From Anaerovibrio sp. (GTDB lineage Bacteria; Bacillota; Negativicutes; Selenomonadales; Selenomonadaceae): a DNA stretch of 54,744 nucleotides. This document shows positions 18,802 through 28,880 of the stretch, piece after piece. Where the stretch lies: NCBI GenBank assembly GCA_051866255.1, contig JBJDWY010000043.1, positions 1-54,744 of the forward strand, written 5' to 3'. The first letter of the stretch is position 1. Each line of letters begins with the position of its first letter. Made by a program: the position numbers and the translations under genes. The notes under the pieces are model-generated. The model saw only the letters and a program-made list of their open reading frames with translations, was not told where the DNA came from and ran no database searches.

Positions 18802-19500
18802 TCAATATTTATAGTTGGCTTTAAAAATCCTCATATTTTCATTGTAATCCTCGCCAATAATTTTTCTGTTGCAGGCATGCAGCACCCAGGGTTCTTCCTG
18901 CCTGGCCAGCACCACCTTGTAACCATGATTGATAAATTCCCTGCTTTGGGAAATATCATAAAAATGCCAGCCATGAAACAAATCCGTCCGCCAGGGCAAG
19001 TCGCAGCTGGTTGCCATAAAAATCCCGTCGATGGCACCAGCCTCGGCAAAGCTCCCCCCCTCGATGACTCCATACACATCTTTGTGTACTTCCTCAAAGG
19101 ATTTTTTATTGTAAGCCATGCCGCAGCGGGTGTCACTGGTCCACCAGATGGGCTTATCCTGAGGCAAATCCACCGCCCCTGCCAGCCCAATCATGCCAAT
19201 AGCCCTGTCACTCCTGAAAATATCCAGCACATCCTGTAAAATATGCTTGTTGACGATAAATACATCCTGATGGATATATATCTTGTACCTGGCATCTGAG
19301 GCCTCCATGGCCTGCTGATAACCTGCCGTCATGGAAGGTGCCCCCCGCACTGCCAGCAAATCCACAGACATTCCCTCCGGCACCGCCAGCTGCTCCAGAT
19401 ACACTACAGACTCTTCATAAAGAAACTCATCATTTACACAGGCAATGAAACAAAATTTACTATCATCCAGCTTTCTTTCCTGCCCTTTTGCCACTCGCAC
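18802..19500 (-). CDS. Glycosyltransferase-like protein (Glyco_tranf_2_5 / StrF-like)
   Basis: FCFIACVNDE..APSMTAGYQ..YKIYIHQDV..IDGIFMAT..WRTDLFHGWHFYDISQS. Confidence 0.8.
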   Translation of the reverse strand: MRVAKGQERKLDDSKFCFIACVNDEFLYEESVVYLEQLAVPEGMSVDLLAVRGAPSMTAGYQQAMEASDARYKIYIHQDVFIVNKHILQDVLDIFRSDRAIGMIGLAGAVDLPQDKPIWWTSDTRCGMAYNKKSFEEVHKDVYGVIEGGSFAEAGAIDGIFMATSCDLPWRTDLFHGWHFYDISQSREFINHGYKVVLARQEEPWVLHACNRKIIGEDYNENMRIFKANYKY

Positions 19501-19545
19501 CAGCTCCCTTCCCTGCTGCCTTTGAAAATTGCCTATAATAAGAGA

Positions 19546-19573
19546 GCAGGCTATCTGAAAACAGACAGCCTGC
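19546..19573 (-). terminator. Hairpin or possible terminator after fliT
   Basis: GCAGGCTGTCTG/CAGATAGCCTGC stem with a weak U tract. Confidence 0.45.
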
Positions 19574-19580
19574 CCTGATT

Positions 19581-19952
19581 TTAATACTCCCTGCTAAAAA
19601 GACCGGCACTGGCACCGTAACCTGTCACATCATAATTGCGCACCTGCGCATTGTTGCGGCGGGATTTGTTCAGCCATGTACGCGCCTTGTACATAATCTG
19701 CATATCCATAGGCTTGATCTGCTCCCGCATGGCCATGCACTCCGGCGTGCTGCTAAAATCCCGCTGGGCTTCTGGCACGGCCTTCATCCTGTCCAGCAGC
19801 TCCTGCCTCTGGTCCACCAGCTGCAAAAACAAATCTATCTCCTCTGCCTTGATGAATTTCAGCAATTCATAAGTCAGGGCCAGATATTTCTCCCACAGCT
19901 GCTTCTCTGTATACGCAGGCTGCCCTTTCCTGACCACAGGAGGCTTCTCCAT
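19581..19952 (-). CDS. fliT: Flagellar chaperone FliT
   Basis: Helical 123-aa protein directly after fliS, with an L...RQELL pattern. Confidence 0.7.
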   Translation of the reverse strand: MEKPPVVRKGQPAYTEKQLWEKYLALTYELLKFIKAEEIDLFLQLVDQRQELLDRMKAVPEAQRDFSSTPECMAMREQIKPMDMQIMYKARTWLNKSRRNNAQVRNYDVTGYGASAGLFSREY

Positions 19953-20338
19953 CAGGATGCCCCCCTTTCCTTCCTGGCTATCTTCATAGCCTCAGCCCAG
20001 GCATCCCTGAGTTCCCTGATAATATCTATGCACTCCGTTACCTTCTCAGGCTTGCTGCGCATATTTGCCTCAACCAGGCCATTATAAACATAATCATACA
20101 AAGGCATCAGCTGCTTAGAAATATCATACTCCATTTTCAACGTCGCCTGAAACTCAAGAATAATCCGCTGTGCCTTCTGCAGAGCCGTATTGCACTGCTC
20201 CCACTTCTTTGCCTCCATGGCCTCCAGCCCTTCCTTCATAAAACGAAGGGCTCCATTGTAAAGCATAAGGGTAAGAGCTTCCGGCGTAGCGGTCATAACC
20301 TGCTGCCTCTTATATGCTTCTGCTGCATTATTTACCAT
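19952..20338 (-). CDS. fliS: Flagellin chaperone FliS
   Basis: AYKRQQVMTATPEALTLMLYNGALRF..KAQRII..LYDY..LRDAW. Confidence 0.95.
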   Translation of the reverse strand: MVNNAAEAYKRQQVMTATPEALTLMLYNGALRFMKEGLEAMEAKKWEQCNTALQKAQRIILEFQATLKMEYDISKQLMPLYDYVYNGLVEANMRSKPEKVTECIDIIRELRDAWAEAMKIARKERGAS

Positions 20339-20367
20339 ACATCTACCTCATTTTCAGATTCAGATTG

Positions 20368-23300
20368 TCAGCCTGTAATATAGCTAAGCTGCGTACCCAG
20401 CTTGGACAGGGCAACTTCCATCGCATCATACTTATCGTACAGCTTATTTTCATAGGATTTCATCAGCGTCTTGAAATTATCCATCCTGGTCTGCATGTTG
20501 GTAATCAGCTTGCCCAGATAGCTCTGGTCATCAGCCGATGTGCTGACGCCGCCATAGCTTTCCAGTGTACTCATGTGAGTTCCCATCAGATTGTACAGGC
20601 GATTAGCCACACCGGTATTTCTGTAGTCGCTTTTTTGCTCGTAGGAGGAAAGCTTTTTATTACTGGTGCTGCCTGCAATATAGGAACTATCCTGGTCCGA
20701 AGCAAACAGCTGATATACGCAGTCCGGGTCATCTGCCAATGCAGTGCGCAGCTTGTCCTCATCCAAGGTAATATGCCCCTTGGTATTTGTGGTGGTAATA
20801 CCGATGGCAGACAAGGAATTGTACTTGCTATCTACTGCGTCCACCGGCGTGTACAGGGCTTCACGCATATCGCTGACAATGGAGCGGATATTGGAATCAT
20901 GGTACAGGAGGCCTGACTTTGCCTTCTCATTCCACTGCTTGACCTGCGTCTCTGTCATTTCAGCTTCCTGCTCCTTGGTCAGCGGCTTGTAGTCAGAGTA
21001 CCTTTCCTGGGACAGCTTGTCATTAAGCGAGTCCAGCAATGTGTTGTAAGTTTCCACAAACTTCTTCACATTATCCACGATGGTATCAGTGTCCTGATTT
21101 ACCGTTACTGTGGCAGTCTTGCCTACCTCCGTCGGGCTGTTAAAGGTGTAGGTAACACCAGCCACTGTCTTTACATTGGTATCCAGATCGTAGTTCTTGC
21201 CATCAATATTTACATTTGCATTGGAACCGGCTGTACTCTGATACTTATTCGCCACATCCGCCGGTGACTGCGCCAGGCCCAGATTGCTGGCCAGTGTACT
21301 GCCCAGGGCATCATTGCCGGTGAGCTCGGCATGACCATTGAGATTGGATAAAGTAAACTTATTAGTGGCTGTGTCATAAGTTGCCGTCACACTGATACCT
21401 TCGCTGGAAGCCGTATCGTTTATCCTATCCTTCAAGGTAGACAAATCAGTACTTCTGTTGGTAGTCAGCTGCTTGTCAGTCCCCAGATTGGACAAGTCGA
21501 AAATATCAGACAAAGTAAAGGATATAGCAGCCGATTTATTGGAGTCACCGACACTCATGGAGAAAATCTCCTGCGCAGCCAGCTGGTCCCTTGTGCCGGT
21601 ATAAGTAGTTTCCTGTCCCTTGCTGTCCTTCAGGGTAACAGTATAATTGCCGCTGGCATCCTGCGAACTAGAAACAGCCGTAACACCAAGAATATCCTTT
21701 AGATAATTATCCGTGCTGTTGGCGTTCACCCTGGAAATTCCCTTGGATACTACACCGGAGGACACCGGACTATCCTGCAGATTCAGATTAGTTGTCAAGG
21801 TGCTTATATTGCTGCCCGTAAGCGAAGCTGTTCCATTCAGATTATACAAAGTAAAGCCATTATTTACATCATAGGCAGCTTTGGCATTATTCCCGTCAGC
21901 ATCAGATGCTAGATTAATCCTGCCTGCCATTTCAGATAAGCCAACAGCATTATTTGCGGTAGCTGTAGCAGTTTTACCACTATCACTAATACTACCGCTT
22001 AATCCTCCGTTATGCGCACTTAAATAGCCACCATTGTTGTAAAAATTAGAAAAATCAACAAAATCTCCCATTGTGAAATCTATAGTAGATGTGTTTTCCC
22101 CATCTCCCACCGCAATAGAAGTTACCTTTGTCTGAGCCGCCTTGCCGGATGTACCAACAAAATCATTAACTGAACCTGTATACGTAGCAACAGCTTTGCC
22201 AGCACTATCAAATATCTCCATCGTGATAGTATAACCGTTATTTGATGCAGTTAATTTATTAGTATAACCAAAAAGCGTTGCTAAATTTTCTGCCTTTGTA
22301 CCACTATCTGCCTGCAGGAAGGTGGCACTGGAGCTGCTCTCCAAATTCAAAGCACTTACCATCTGGGCACCGATTTTATCACCAGCAGCCCCAGTCAATT
22401 CCGCCTTGCCGGAGACATTCACCATCGAAAAGCTATCATTTGCTTCGTCGTAGGTGGCTGTAATGCCCATGCCATTATCAGATGCCACCTTATTTATCTT
22501 ATCTGCCAGGTCAGAAAGGGTGCCTGTGGACTGCAAATTGCCGGTCTTGTCCAGATTGAACAATTCGCCATAAGTAAAATCCACATCAGCAGTTTTGCTT
22601 CCATCAGACAAAGTCATGCCATAGGCCTTGGCCGCTTTCAGATTATCCAGGGTATCAGTGATAGTTACATCCACACCATCCTGCCCCTTCACATTTAGCG
22701 TATACTGACCGCCACCTGCATCAGTCAGTGTGGCTGTCAGCCCCAGCACATCTTTAATGGAAGTACTCTGCGCCAGCGTCTTGGCACCTGTCGCCGTCTT
22801 GACGGTTTTCATAGTGTCCTCAGACTGGAAGGTTATCGGGCCGCTTAGAGCATTAGTCGGGTCTGCTGCATTGGCATCATAAACACCCAGCTTCAGGGAA
22901 TTCAAAAGCTGCACGGAATCCGCATTGTTGCCCACAATACCGATAATATTATCCTTGCCGCTGGTCTTGTTGTACAGGCTAAAAGCATCATTGGCAGAGT
23001 CATAGCTGCCCTGAATATTTGCCCCGGTCTTGGATACGGCACTGGCAAAATCGTACAAGGTCTTGCCTTCCTGAATTAAATCATCATAGGTATATGTCAG
23101 GGTGTACGTATCATCGCTGTCAGCCCTGTCACGGAAATCAATGGAAATAGCCGTATCACTGCCGTTGACAGTCTTAGTGGAACCATCTGCCAAGGTCAGC
23201 GTATACTTGTATGTGCCATCGCCATTATCAGTGGTGGAAACACTCTTGTACAGCACATCGCTCAGATTGTTGCTGTTTGGCTTCAGAGTACTCTGCCTTT

Positions 23301-23655
23301 CAATCTTTTCCCCATCAGCCGTCAGCATGTAGGCATTACTTGCCACCTTGCTGACTGTTACCTTGTGGCTCATGGCTGCTGCCGCACCATTAGCCGTAGC
23401 CGTTACCGCACTGGTATCGGAACTGGTTGCCTTCATTGCACTCATGTTGGACTGCAACTTGAAAGCAGACATGGCATCCTTAAATTCCTTGGTCTGGTTA
23501 TATACATCAACATAAGCTTCCTTCATCCAGGTCTGCCACATCTGATTTTGATACATCTTGTCATACTGGCTCTGCTTGCTCATCATGCCCATCTTTACCA
23601 GGGACTCAATGTCAAGGCCTGAGCCGGACAAACCATATATGCCGTTTACGCCCAT
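20368..23655 (-). CDS. fliD: Flagellar filament cap protein FliD, unusually long (1095 aa)
   Basis: GLSGSGLDIESLV N-terminus. C-terminal VKKFVETYN..YKPLT..W.EKAKSGLL..LSAIGI..YDAMEVALSKL. Confidence 0.93.
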   Translation of the reverse strand: MGVNGIYGLSGSGLDIESLVKMGMMSKQSQYDKMYQNQMWQTWMKEAYVDVYNQTKEFKDAMSAFKLQSNMSAMKATSSDTSAVTATANGAAAAMSHKVTVSKVASNAYMLTADGEKIERQSTLKPNSNNLSDVLYKSVSTTDNGDGTYKYTLTLADGSTKTVNGSDTAISIDFRDRADSDDTYTLTYTYDDLIQEGKTLYDFASAVSKTGANIQGSYDSANDAFSLYNKTSGKDNIIGIVGNNADSVQLLNSLKLGVYDANAADPTNALSGPITFQSEDTMKTVKTATGAKTLAQSTSIKDVLGLTATLTDAGGGQYTLNVKGQDGVDVTITDTLDNLKAAKAYGMTLSDGSKTADVDFTYGELFNLDKTGNLQSTGTLSDLADKINKVASDNGMGITATYDEANDSFSMVNVSGKAELTGAAGDKIGAQMVSALNLESSSSATFLQADSGTKAENLATLFGYTNKLTASNNGYTITMEIFDSAGKAVATYTGSVNDFVGTSGKAAQTKVTSIAVGDGENTSTIDFTMGDFVDFSNFYNNGGYLSAHNGGLSGSISDSGKTATATANNAVGLSEMAGRINLASDADGNNAKAAYDVNNGFTLYNLNGTASLTGSNISTLTTNLNLQDSPVSSGVVSKGISRVNANSTDNYLKDILGVTAVSSSQDASGNYTVTLKDSKGQETTYTGTRDQLAAQEIFSMSVGDSNKSAAISFTLSDIFDLSNLGTDKQLTTNRSTDLSTLKDRINDTASSEGISVTATYDTATNKFTLSNLNGHAELTGNDALGSTLASNLGLAQSPADVANKYQSTAGSNANVNIDGKNYDLDTNVKTVAGVTYTFNSPTEVGKTATVTVNQDTDTIVDNVKKFVETYNTLLDSLNDKLSQERYSDYKPLTKEQEAEMTETQVKQWNEKAKSGLLYHDSNIRSIVSDMREALYTPVDAVDSKYNSLSAIGITTTNTKGHITLDEDKLRTALADDPDCVYQLFASDQDSSYIAGSTSNKKLSSYEQKSDYRNTGVANRLYNLMGTHMSTLESYGGVSTSADDQSYLGKLITNMQTRMDNFKTLMKSYENKLYDKYDAMEVALSKLGTQLSYITG
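21280..23265 (-). repeat. Four degenerate internal protein repeats in FliD
   Basis: Units begin LSDVLY / IKDVLG / LATLFG / LKDILG and end (G/A)xYD..N..F(S/T)(L/M).N..G. Boundaries are approximate. Confidence 0.75.
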
Positions 23656-23712
23656 TTTAGCCGCCTCCTATTCTTTTACTCAGTCAATCAATATTATATC
23701 ACTCTAACATGC

Positions 23713-24177
23713 TCAGGCATTCTTGTCCAAGAAAGCTCCCAGCCATTCCTGGGCACGTATCATGCCCTCAACCATTTCCTCAGGAGGATATTCCTTGATG
23801 ACTTCCTTGGTATTCTTGTCTATCATCCTTACGGACATTACATCCACTTCCTTGTGATACTGGAACTCCAAATCACAATTCAGCTTGCCCATGAGCTCAT
23901 TCAGCTCTTTGGTCATTTCGCTGACGAACTCCGGGGACAGCTTGCCCTTCTGCTCCTGTTCTTCCTCCTGCTGCTCCTTTGAGGACTTGGTGGCATCAGG
24001 TAACGCAGATACAGCATCTGCCGTTTCCGGCTGTACGCCAAACTTGGCAGCCCCATTTCTGCTGTCGGCCTCGCTCTGGCTGACATTATTCTCTGCCCCG
24101 GCAAATTTCGGACTCTTATTATCAGCTGCCGAAACAACCACCGCAGCTGTTACCATGTCACGCATCTTTCCAATCAT
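23713..24177 (-). CDS. flaG: Flagellar protein FlaG
   Basis: LN..M...NCDLEF..H......VRMIDKNTKEVIKEYPPEE..GAFLD. Confidence 0.9.
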   Translation of the reverse strand: MIGKMRDMVTAAVVVSAADNKSPKFAGAENNVSQSEADSRNGAAKFGVQPETADAVSALPDATKSSKEQQEEEQEQKGKLSPEFVSEMTKELNELMGKLNCDLEFQYHKEVDVMSVRMIDKNTKEVIKEYPPEEMVEGMIRAQEWLGAFLDKNA

Positions 24178-24276
24178 CGTTATCCCTCCATAGAAAATGA
24201 TTTATTCCTTTATATTTGGCAGATTATCCTCAATCTGTCAGCACGTGAAGCAGCTTCCCAAGAAATTATGGGATGC

Positions 24277-24501
24277 TCACTTCACCGGTAATGCCTGTGT
24301 CAAATCGAAATCCATCGGTGCCGCCGCTGCCGTGCGGTTCTCATCCTTAATTTCACGATAGATCTCGCCGCGGTATATCTTCACATGCCGGGGCGCGTCA
24401 ATGGCAATCCTGACATTCTCCCCGTTCACATCCACGATGTTAATCGTTATATCATCCCCCAGCATAATCTGCTGATGGGGCCGCCTTGTCAAAACCAGCA
24501 T
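24277..24501 (-). CDS. csrA: Carbon storage regulator CsrA
   Basis: MLVLTRR..IMLGDDITINI..VRIAIDAPRHVKIYRGEIY. Confidence 0.95.
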   Translation of the reverse strand: MLVLTRRPHQQIMLGDDITINIVDVNGENVRIAIDAPRHVKIYRGEIYREIKDENRTAAAAPMDFDLTQALPVK

Positions 24502-24947
24502 TACTTATCCCCCTTTGCCTCAGGGAACAGCCTGTGCTTGGTGGTGTACTGTGTCTTTTCCAGCACAATCTGCTTTGCCTGCATGGTATGCCTGTTGATG
24601 ACTATCGGTGCCAAAAGGTTGGTAGTCATGCTGGCAACCCCTGACCTGGGAATGGAAATCAGGGTGCAGACCAGCACATCATCCATAGACTTGATAGCCA
24701 GCCTGTCCATATTCTCATCATCCAGCTCAAAGCTGTACTCCGGGAAAAATACAAAAGGATCCGTCATCAAAAATGCCAGTTCCGGCGTTACCAATGATTG
24801 CAGGAACATATAAGGCGTGCCTTCCTCATAGGGCAGCACCACAAACTCATGCTCATCCTCAAAAGCCGGGATGCCGTCAGCAAACCTGACCACATCCTGC
24901 TCCTCAATTTCCAATTCGCCAAAACGCAGTGTGTTAATCTTTCTCAT
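24501..24947 (-). CDS. fliW: Flagellar assembly factor FliW
   Basis: TLRFGE..F..GIPAFE..LQS...LAFL..DPF.FFPEY..MTTNLLAPIVIN. Confidence 0.95.
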   Translation of the reverse strand: MRKINTLRFGELEIEEQDVVRFADGIPAFEDEHEFVVLPYEEGTPYMFLQSLVTPELAFLMTDPFVFFPEYSFELDDENMDRLAIKSMDDVLVCTLISIPRSGVASMTTNLLAPIVINRHTMQAKQIVLEKTQYTTKHRLFPEAKGDK

Positions 24948-24978
24948 CCAAAAGCCTCCAAAATCAATTTACATCAAT

Positions 24979-25605
24979 TTACGCATATATATCCAAGCGG
25001 CCTTCCGTGGCCCACATGCGTATGGAGCCTTCCTTAGCAAGGTATGTTTCTGCCTTACCGGGGCTGAGGGCAACATCGGCACGGGCAGAAGTCTGAATAT
25101 TGTATTTGTCATGCCCCACATTCATCTGCCCCGTCACCTCCGACGGGGTTACAGTAAACTCAGGGTCCGGTATATCTATAATCGTCCACTGGGGCCATTT
25201 GATGACCTTGCCCCAGAATTTGGACCATTCCTGCTGGGCCAGCACATCGCGTCCCGGCCTTGCACCGTTCCGCGCCATATCCCAGCCATCATTGGTGTGC
25301 TTGGACGTGGCAGCCTGCACATCGCTGTAGCCCTGCTGCCCATATTTTCTAGCAAAATCCATATCATTGAGATACCCCAGGGCTTTGCGGCAGGGATAGC
25401 AGTTAATGTCCACCTTGATCTGGGACCAGCCCATATCAGCTTTAGGGGGCTCATAATCCCGATGCATTTCCGCAGGAACGTAAGCATTCTTCTCACTGGA
25501 TGCCTGCTGCTGGCGGATGCCCAGCTCCGGCAGCTCATGCCTGATATTCATGTATTTCATGCCGGATAACATGCCGGTACCGCCAAGGCTTGCCAATATC
25601 CCCAT
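24979..25605 (-). CDS. YviE-like (DUF6470) protein
   Basis: Lies between flgL and fliW as yviE does in Bacillus. IKVDINCYPCR pattern. Confidence 0.6.
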   Translation of the reverse strand: MGILASLGGTGMLSGMKYMNIRHELPELGIRQQQASSEKNAYVPAEMHRDYEPPKADMGWSQIKVDINCYPCRKALGYLNDMDFARKYGQQGYSDVQAATSKHTNDGWDMARNGARPGRDVLAQQEWSKFWGKVIKWPQWTIIDIPDPEFTVTPSEVTGQMNVGHDKYNIQTSARADVALSPGKAETYLAKEGSIRMWATEGRLDIYA

Positions 25606-25673
25606 GCTGCCTCACATCCTTTCAGCAACTCACATCTTAACTCACATCATAAAGTATTGCCAGCACCGGGCAC

Positions 25674-26993
25674 TTAGTTCAGATAATCAGCCAGGCTGCC
25701 CGGCAGTATCTTGGAGCCTACTGACAGGGACATGCTGTAGATGGTCTGATATTCCATCAGCTTGGTGGCCAGGTATGCCACATCTGTGCTAGATACATCA
25801 GTTATATCGTTGACAATGGACTCATTCTGGGTGGTCAGCATGCCTGCAGCAGCTGTGTATGCCTGCTGGCGGGCTGCCATCTTGGTTTCCGCCCCCAGCA
25901 CATTGGAATGTGCCGTATCGGCAATGGTCATGCCCTCCTCACCTGCCCAGATATAATCGCCGCCTTCTATCTTGGCTACCGCATACATGAGCTGATTCAG
26001 CATGGCAGTGCCGGTGGCAGGGTCACTGCCGACATCAAATATATCAGTACCATTAATATCCTGACCAGTAACGTTAACAGTGTCAGTTGCCTGATCCACA
26101 CCACCATTTTTCTTAACCATGGAAATATATTTATCATCGCCACTGTATTTGACAATGTATTGTTCAGTAGTCGCAAAGGACAAATCAATTCTGTTGCCCT
26201 CATCGTTTACAATTCCAATGCTCCAGGCTGTACCAATACCAGAGCCAGGTGCTCCTGACTTGATTACACCATAAGAGTCAAAATGAACTGATGTGGTAAA
26301 GCCAGTAACATGGCTAATCCTCTGGGCAGATGGATCGAACTTTTCTTCATCCTTGTAGCCGTTCACCACGAAATCCTCCGTGAAGATATCACCACTCTGG
26401 ACATTCATATAATAGCTTTTGCCGTCCGTACCATTCAGCTTCAGCATCTGCTTAAGGGTAGTATTTTCCACTCCCCATTCATCAGCACCAGCAAAAAAAG
26501 CCTGCTGCTTGTCATCCAGTGTACGGGTTTCCCCCCTGAACATCTTGGTATCAGTAATGGAAAACGGCATGGTGGTATCCTTCTGACCCGCAAAGAGGAA
26601 GCGGTCGCCAATCTGTGTATTCAGATCCGCTACCTGCTCCTGCACATTGGCCAGAAGCTCCTTGGCAATATCCTTCATGTCGCTTTCATTGTGGGTGGAA
26701 TTGGCTGCCGCCTCCGTCTTTTCCTTGAAGGTGGCAAGCAAATCCGTCACATTGACCAGTGCCGCATCAGCATTTTTCATCCAGGTTGAAGCTGTGCTTA
26801 CATTGTCCTGATACTGCTCATTGCTTATCTTATTGTTCTGATAACGCAGATACTTGGAGTATCCCACCACATCATCCGACGCACGATGCAGCTTGCTGCC
26901 ATCGCTCTGCTCCATGAGCTTGGTATACTGCTCATAAGTCCTGTTCAGCTGCTTCAGATAGTTGTGGGACATCATTGTACTAGCTATACGCAT
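25674..26993 (-). CDS. flgL: Flagellar hook-associated protein 3
   Basis: MRIAST..HRASDD..NT...RFLFAG..LP.SLADYL, following flgK. Confidence 0.9.
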   Translation of the reverse strand: MRIASTMMSHNYLKQLNRTYEQYTKLMEQSDGSKLHRASDDVVGYSKYLRYQNNKISNEQYQDNVSTASTWMKNADAALVNVTDLLATFKEKTEAAANSTHNESDMKDIAKELLANVQEQVADLNTQIGDRFLFAGQKDTTMPFSITDTKMFRGETRTLDDKQQAFFAGADEWGVENTTLKQMLKLNGTDGKSYYMNVQSGDIFTEDFVVNGYKDEEKFDPSAQRISHVTGFTTSVHFDSYGVIKSGAPGSGIGTAWSIGIVNDEGNRIDLSFATTEQYIVKYSGDDKYISMVKKNGGVDQATDTVNVTGQDINGTDIFDVGSDPATGTAMLNQLMYAVAKIEGGDYIWAGEEGMTIADTAHSNVLGAETKMAARQQAYTAAAGMLTTQNESIVNDITDVSSTDVAYLATKLMEYQTIYSMSLSVGSKILPGSLADYLN

Positions 26994-27061
26994 ATTATCT
27001 CACCCTGTTCTATTTCACGGTCTAAAACCTAAATTTATAAATCACTTTATCGCCAGGCTGC

Positions 27062-28789
27062 TTACCTGCCCACAGTGCCGGTGCCGTTAATCAGCTTGTC
27101 CAGGCACTCGTCCATAGCATTCAGGCAGCGGGAGCAGGCGGAATACCCCTGCTGGAACATAATCATGTTGGTCAGTTCCTCATCCCAGTTGACGCCATTG
27201 GTAGTGCTTCTCAGGTTCTCCACCTGTGTCATAACGTTTGCCTGGAACTCAACCCTGCCGTTCATATTGGCGGCGGAGGAACCCATCGTGGTCATGCTGG
27301 TATTATAGTAGCTGAACAAAGAGCCCTTGCCAATGGCCCTGTCATCATGCAACACCTCGGGACTGGTCTTATCATTTTCGCAGTTCAGCAGTGCCGCCAT
27401 CCATACAGCATTACTGCCATCACCACTACCATTCACATCCACAGGCACTGGATTGCCCTTTACATCCTTTACTATATCAGGATGATTTATATCCGTAGTC
27501 TGTCCTATGGTGCCAGTAACAGGGTCCTTGGTCTGATACAGCAGATTGCCATCAGCATCACGCTCGCCGCTTCTGGTAGCCAGCTTCTTGTGGCCATCAA
27601 CGGCAGTTAGCTCACCATTCACTGTCAGGATGTCCAAAATCTGCATGCCAGACAGCTTCACTGTACTGCCAGCAATCGGATTTCCCACAGCATCCTTCTT
27701 GGTAACAGTAAACCCATCTTCTTCAGTCCACTCATAAATGCAATCTGACTCGCCGTAGAAATTCAGGCCGGTAGTGGCATCATCAACAGGATTAGTATTG
27801 CCAAACGGCTTATCCTTGTTGCCGTCAAGCCCATAGCCTGCCTTATGCTGGTCATTAAAGGTAGTCAAAAGGAAGGTAGCCATCCTGGCAACCTCGTCAA
27901 TATATGCCTTGTCCTCGTCAATTGCCTCAAACTGGGCTTGCAGCTCGCCGCCCCCCGGAGAGTAGATAGTGCCTGTCTGCTTGATGATGATGTCATAATC
28001 AGTAAGGCTGTATTCGTTATTATTCTTTGGCTCAGACATTTCCAAGTCAACCTTGGTAATGCCATTCACCAGGGTAGTGCCGTTGCTTACCAGCGTGTAC
28101 ATGCCGTTGCTGGCCTCATAGACGGTGATATTGGTCATCTCCGTCAGCTGATCCACAATCAGATCCCGCTGGTCACGCAGGTCATTGGCATTGGCGCCGT
28201 TTGCCTCGATGCCGGAAATATTCTTGTTCAGTTCCACCATTTGCCCCAAAAGGCGGTTCATATCCTCCACGCTGAGGGCAATATCATCATAGAGGGAAGT
28301 AATCTGCTCCTTAACGTGATTGGCTGCAATCTGCAAGCTCTGGGCAAAATTCTGCCCGGCGTTGATGACATTCTGACGGCTGGTATCGCTGCTGGCCGTA
28401 GCGGAGCAGTCCTCCCATGCCTCGTAGAATTTCTCCATGGCGTTCTGGACGCCTGTATTGTCAGAATCATTGAAAATAGACTCTATCTTGGCATAGTTGT
28501 TTGCCTTGCCCACATAATAGCTGTTTGTACTATTTTCCTTCCAAAACTGGCGGTCTGCATAAATATCCCTGGCCCTGATTACGGAAGTAACGGTGGAGCC
28601 GTTGCCCACCTGGCTGGCTCCTGCCAATGTATAAACCTCGGAAGACGGAGTTGCCGCCGCATGAGCTGTCTGGCGGGAATATCCCTCCGTGTTGGAGTTG
28701 CTGATATTGTGACCGACCGTATTCAGCCCCAGCCTGTTTGTATAGATACCATTTACCATGGTATTGAGTCCGGAAAAGGTACTCTGCAT
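27062..28789 (-). CDS. flgK: Flagellar hook-associated protein 1
   Basis: MQSTFSGLNT..GHNISNSNTEGYSRQ..ANDLRDQRD..GVNWDEELTNMIMFQQGY. Confidence 0.95.
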   Translation of the reverse strand: MQSTFSGLNTMVNGIYTNRLGLNTVGHNISNSNTEGYSRQTAHAAATPSSEVYTLAGASQVGNGSTVTSVIRARDIYADRQFWKENSTNSYYVGKANNYAKIESIFNDSDNTGVQNAMEKFYEAWEDCSATASSDTSRQNVINAGQNFAQSLQIAANHVKEQITSLYDDIALSVEDMNRLLGQMVELNKNISGIEANGANANDLRDQRDLIVDQLTEMTNITVYEASNGMYTLVSNGTTLVNGITKVDLEMSEPKNNNEYSLTDYDIIIKQTGTIYSPGGGELQAQFEAIDEDKAYIDEVARMATFLLTTFNDQHKAGYGLDGNKDKPFGNTNPVDDATTGLNFYGESDCIYEWTEEDGFTVTKKDAVGNPIAGSTVKLSGMQILDILTVNGELTAVDGHKKLATRSGERDADGNLLYQTKDPVTGTIGQTTDINHPDIVKDVKGNPVPVDVNGSGDGSNAVWMAALLNCENDKTSPEVLHDDRAIGKGSLFSYYNTSMTTMGSSAANMNGRVEFQANVMTQVENLRSTTNGVNWDEELTNMIMFQQGYSACSRCLNAMDECLDKLINGTGTVGR

Positions 28790-28880
28790 GTTGTTTCACC
28801 TGCTCTCAAATATTTGTCACGCTATGCCGACTAGACGTTTTCAGCCGTTCCTAAATATTCCCGAATATTCCTGAACGCTT

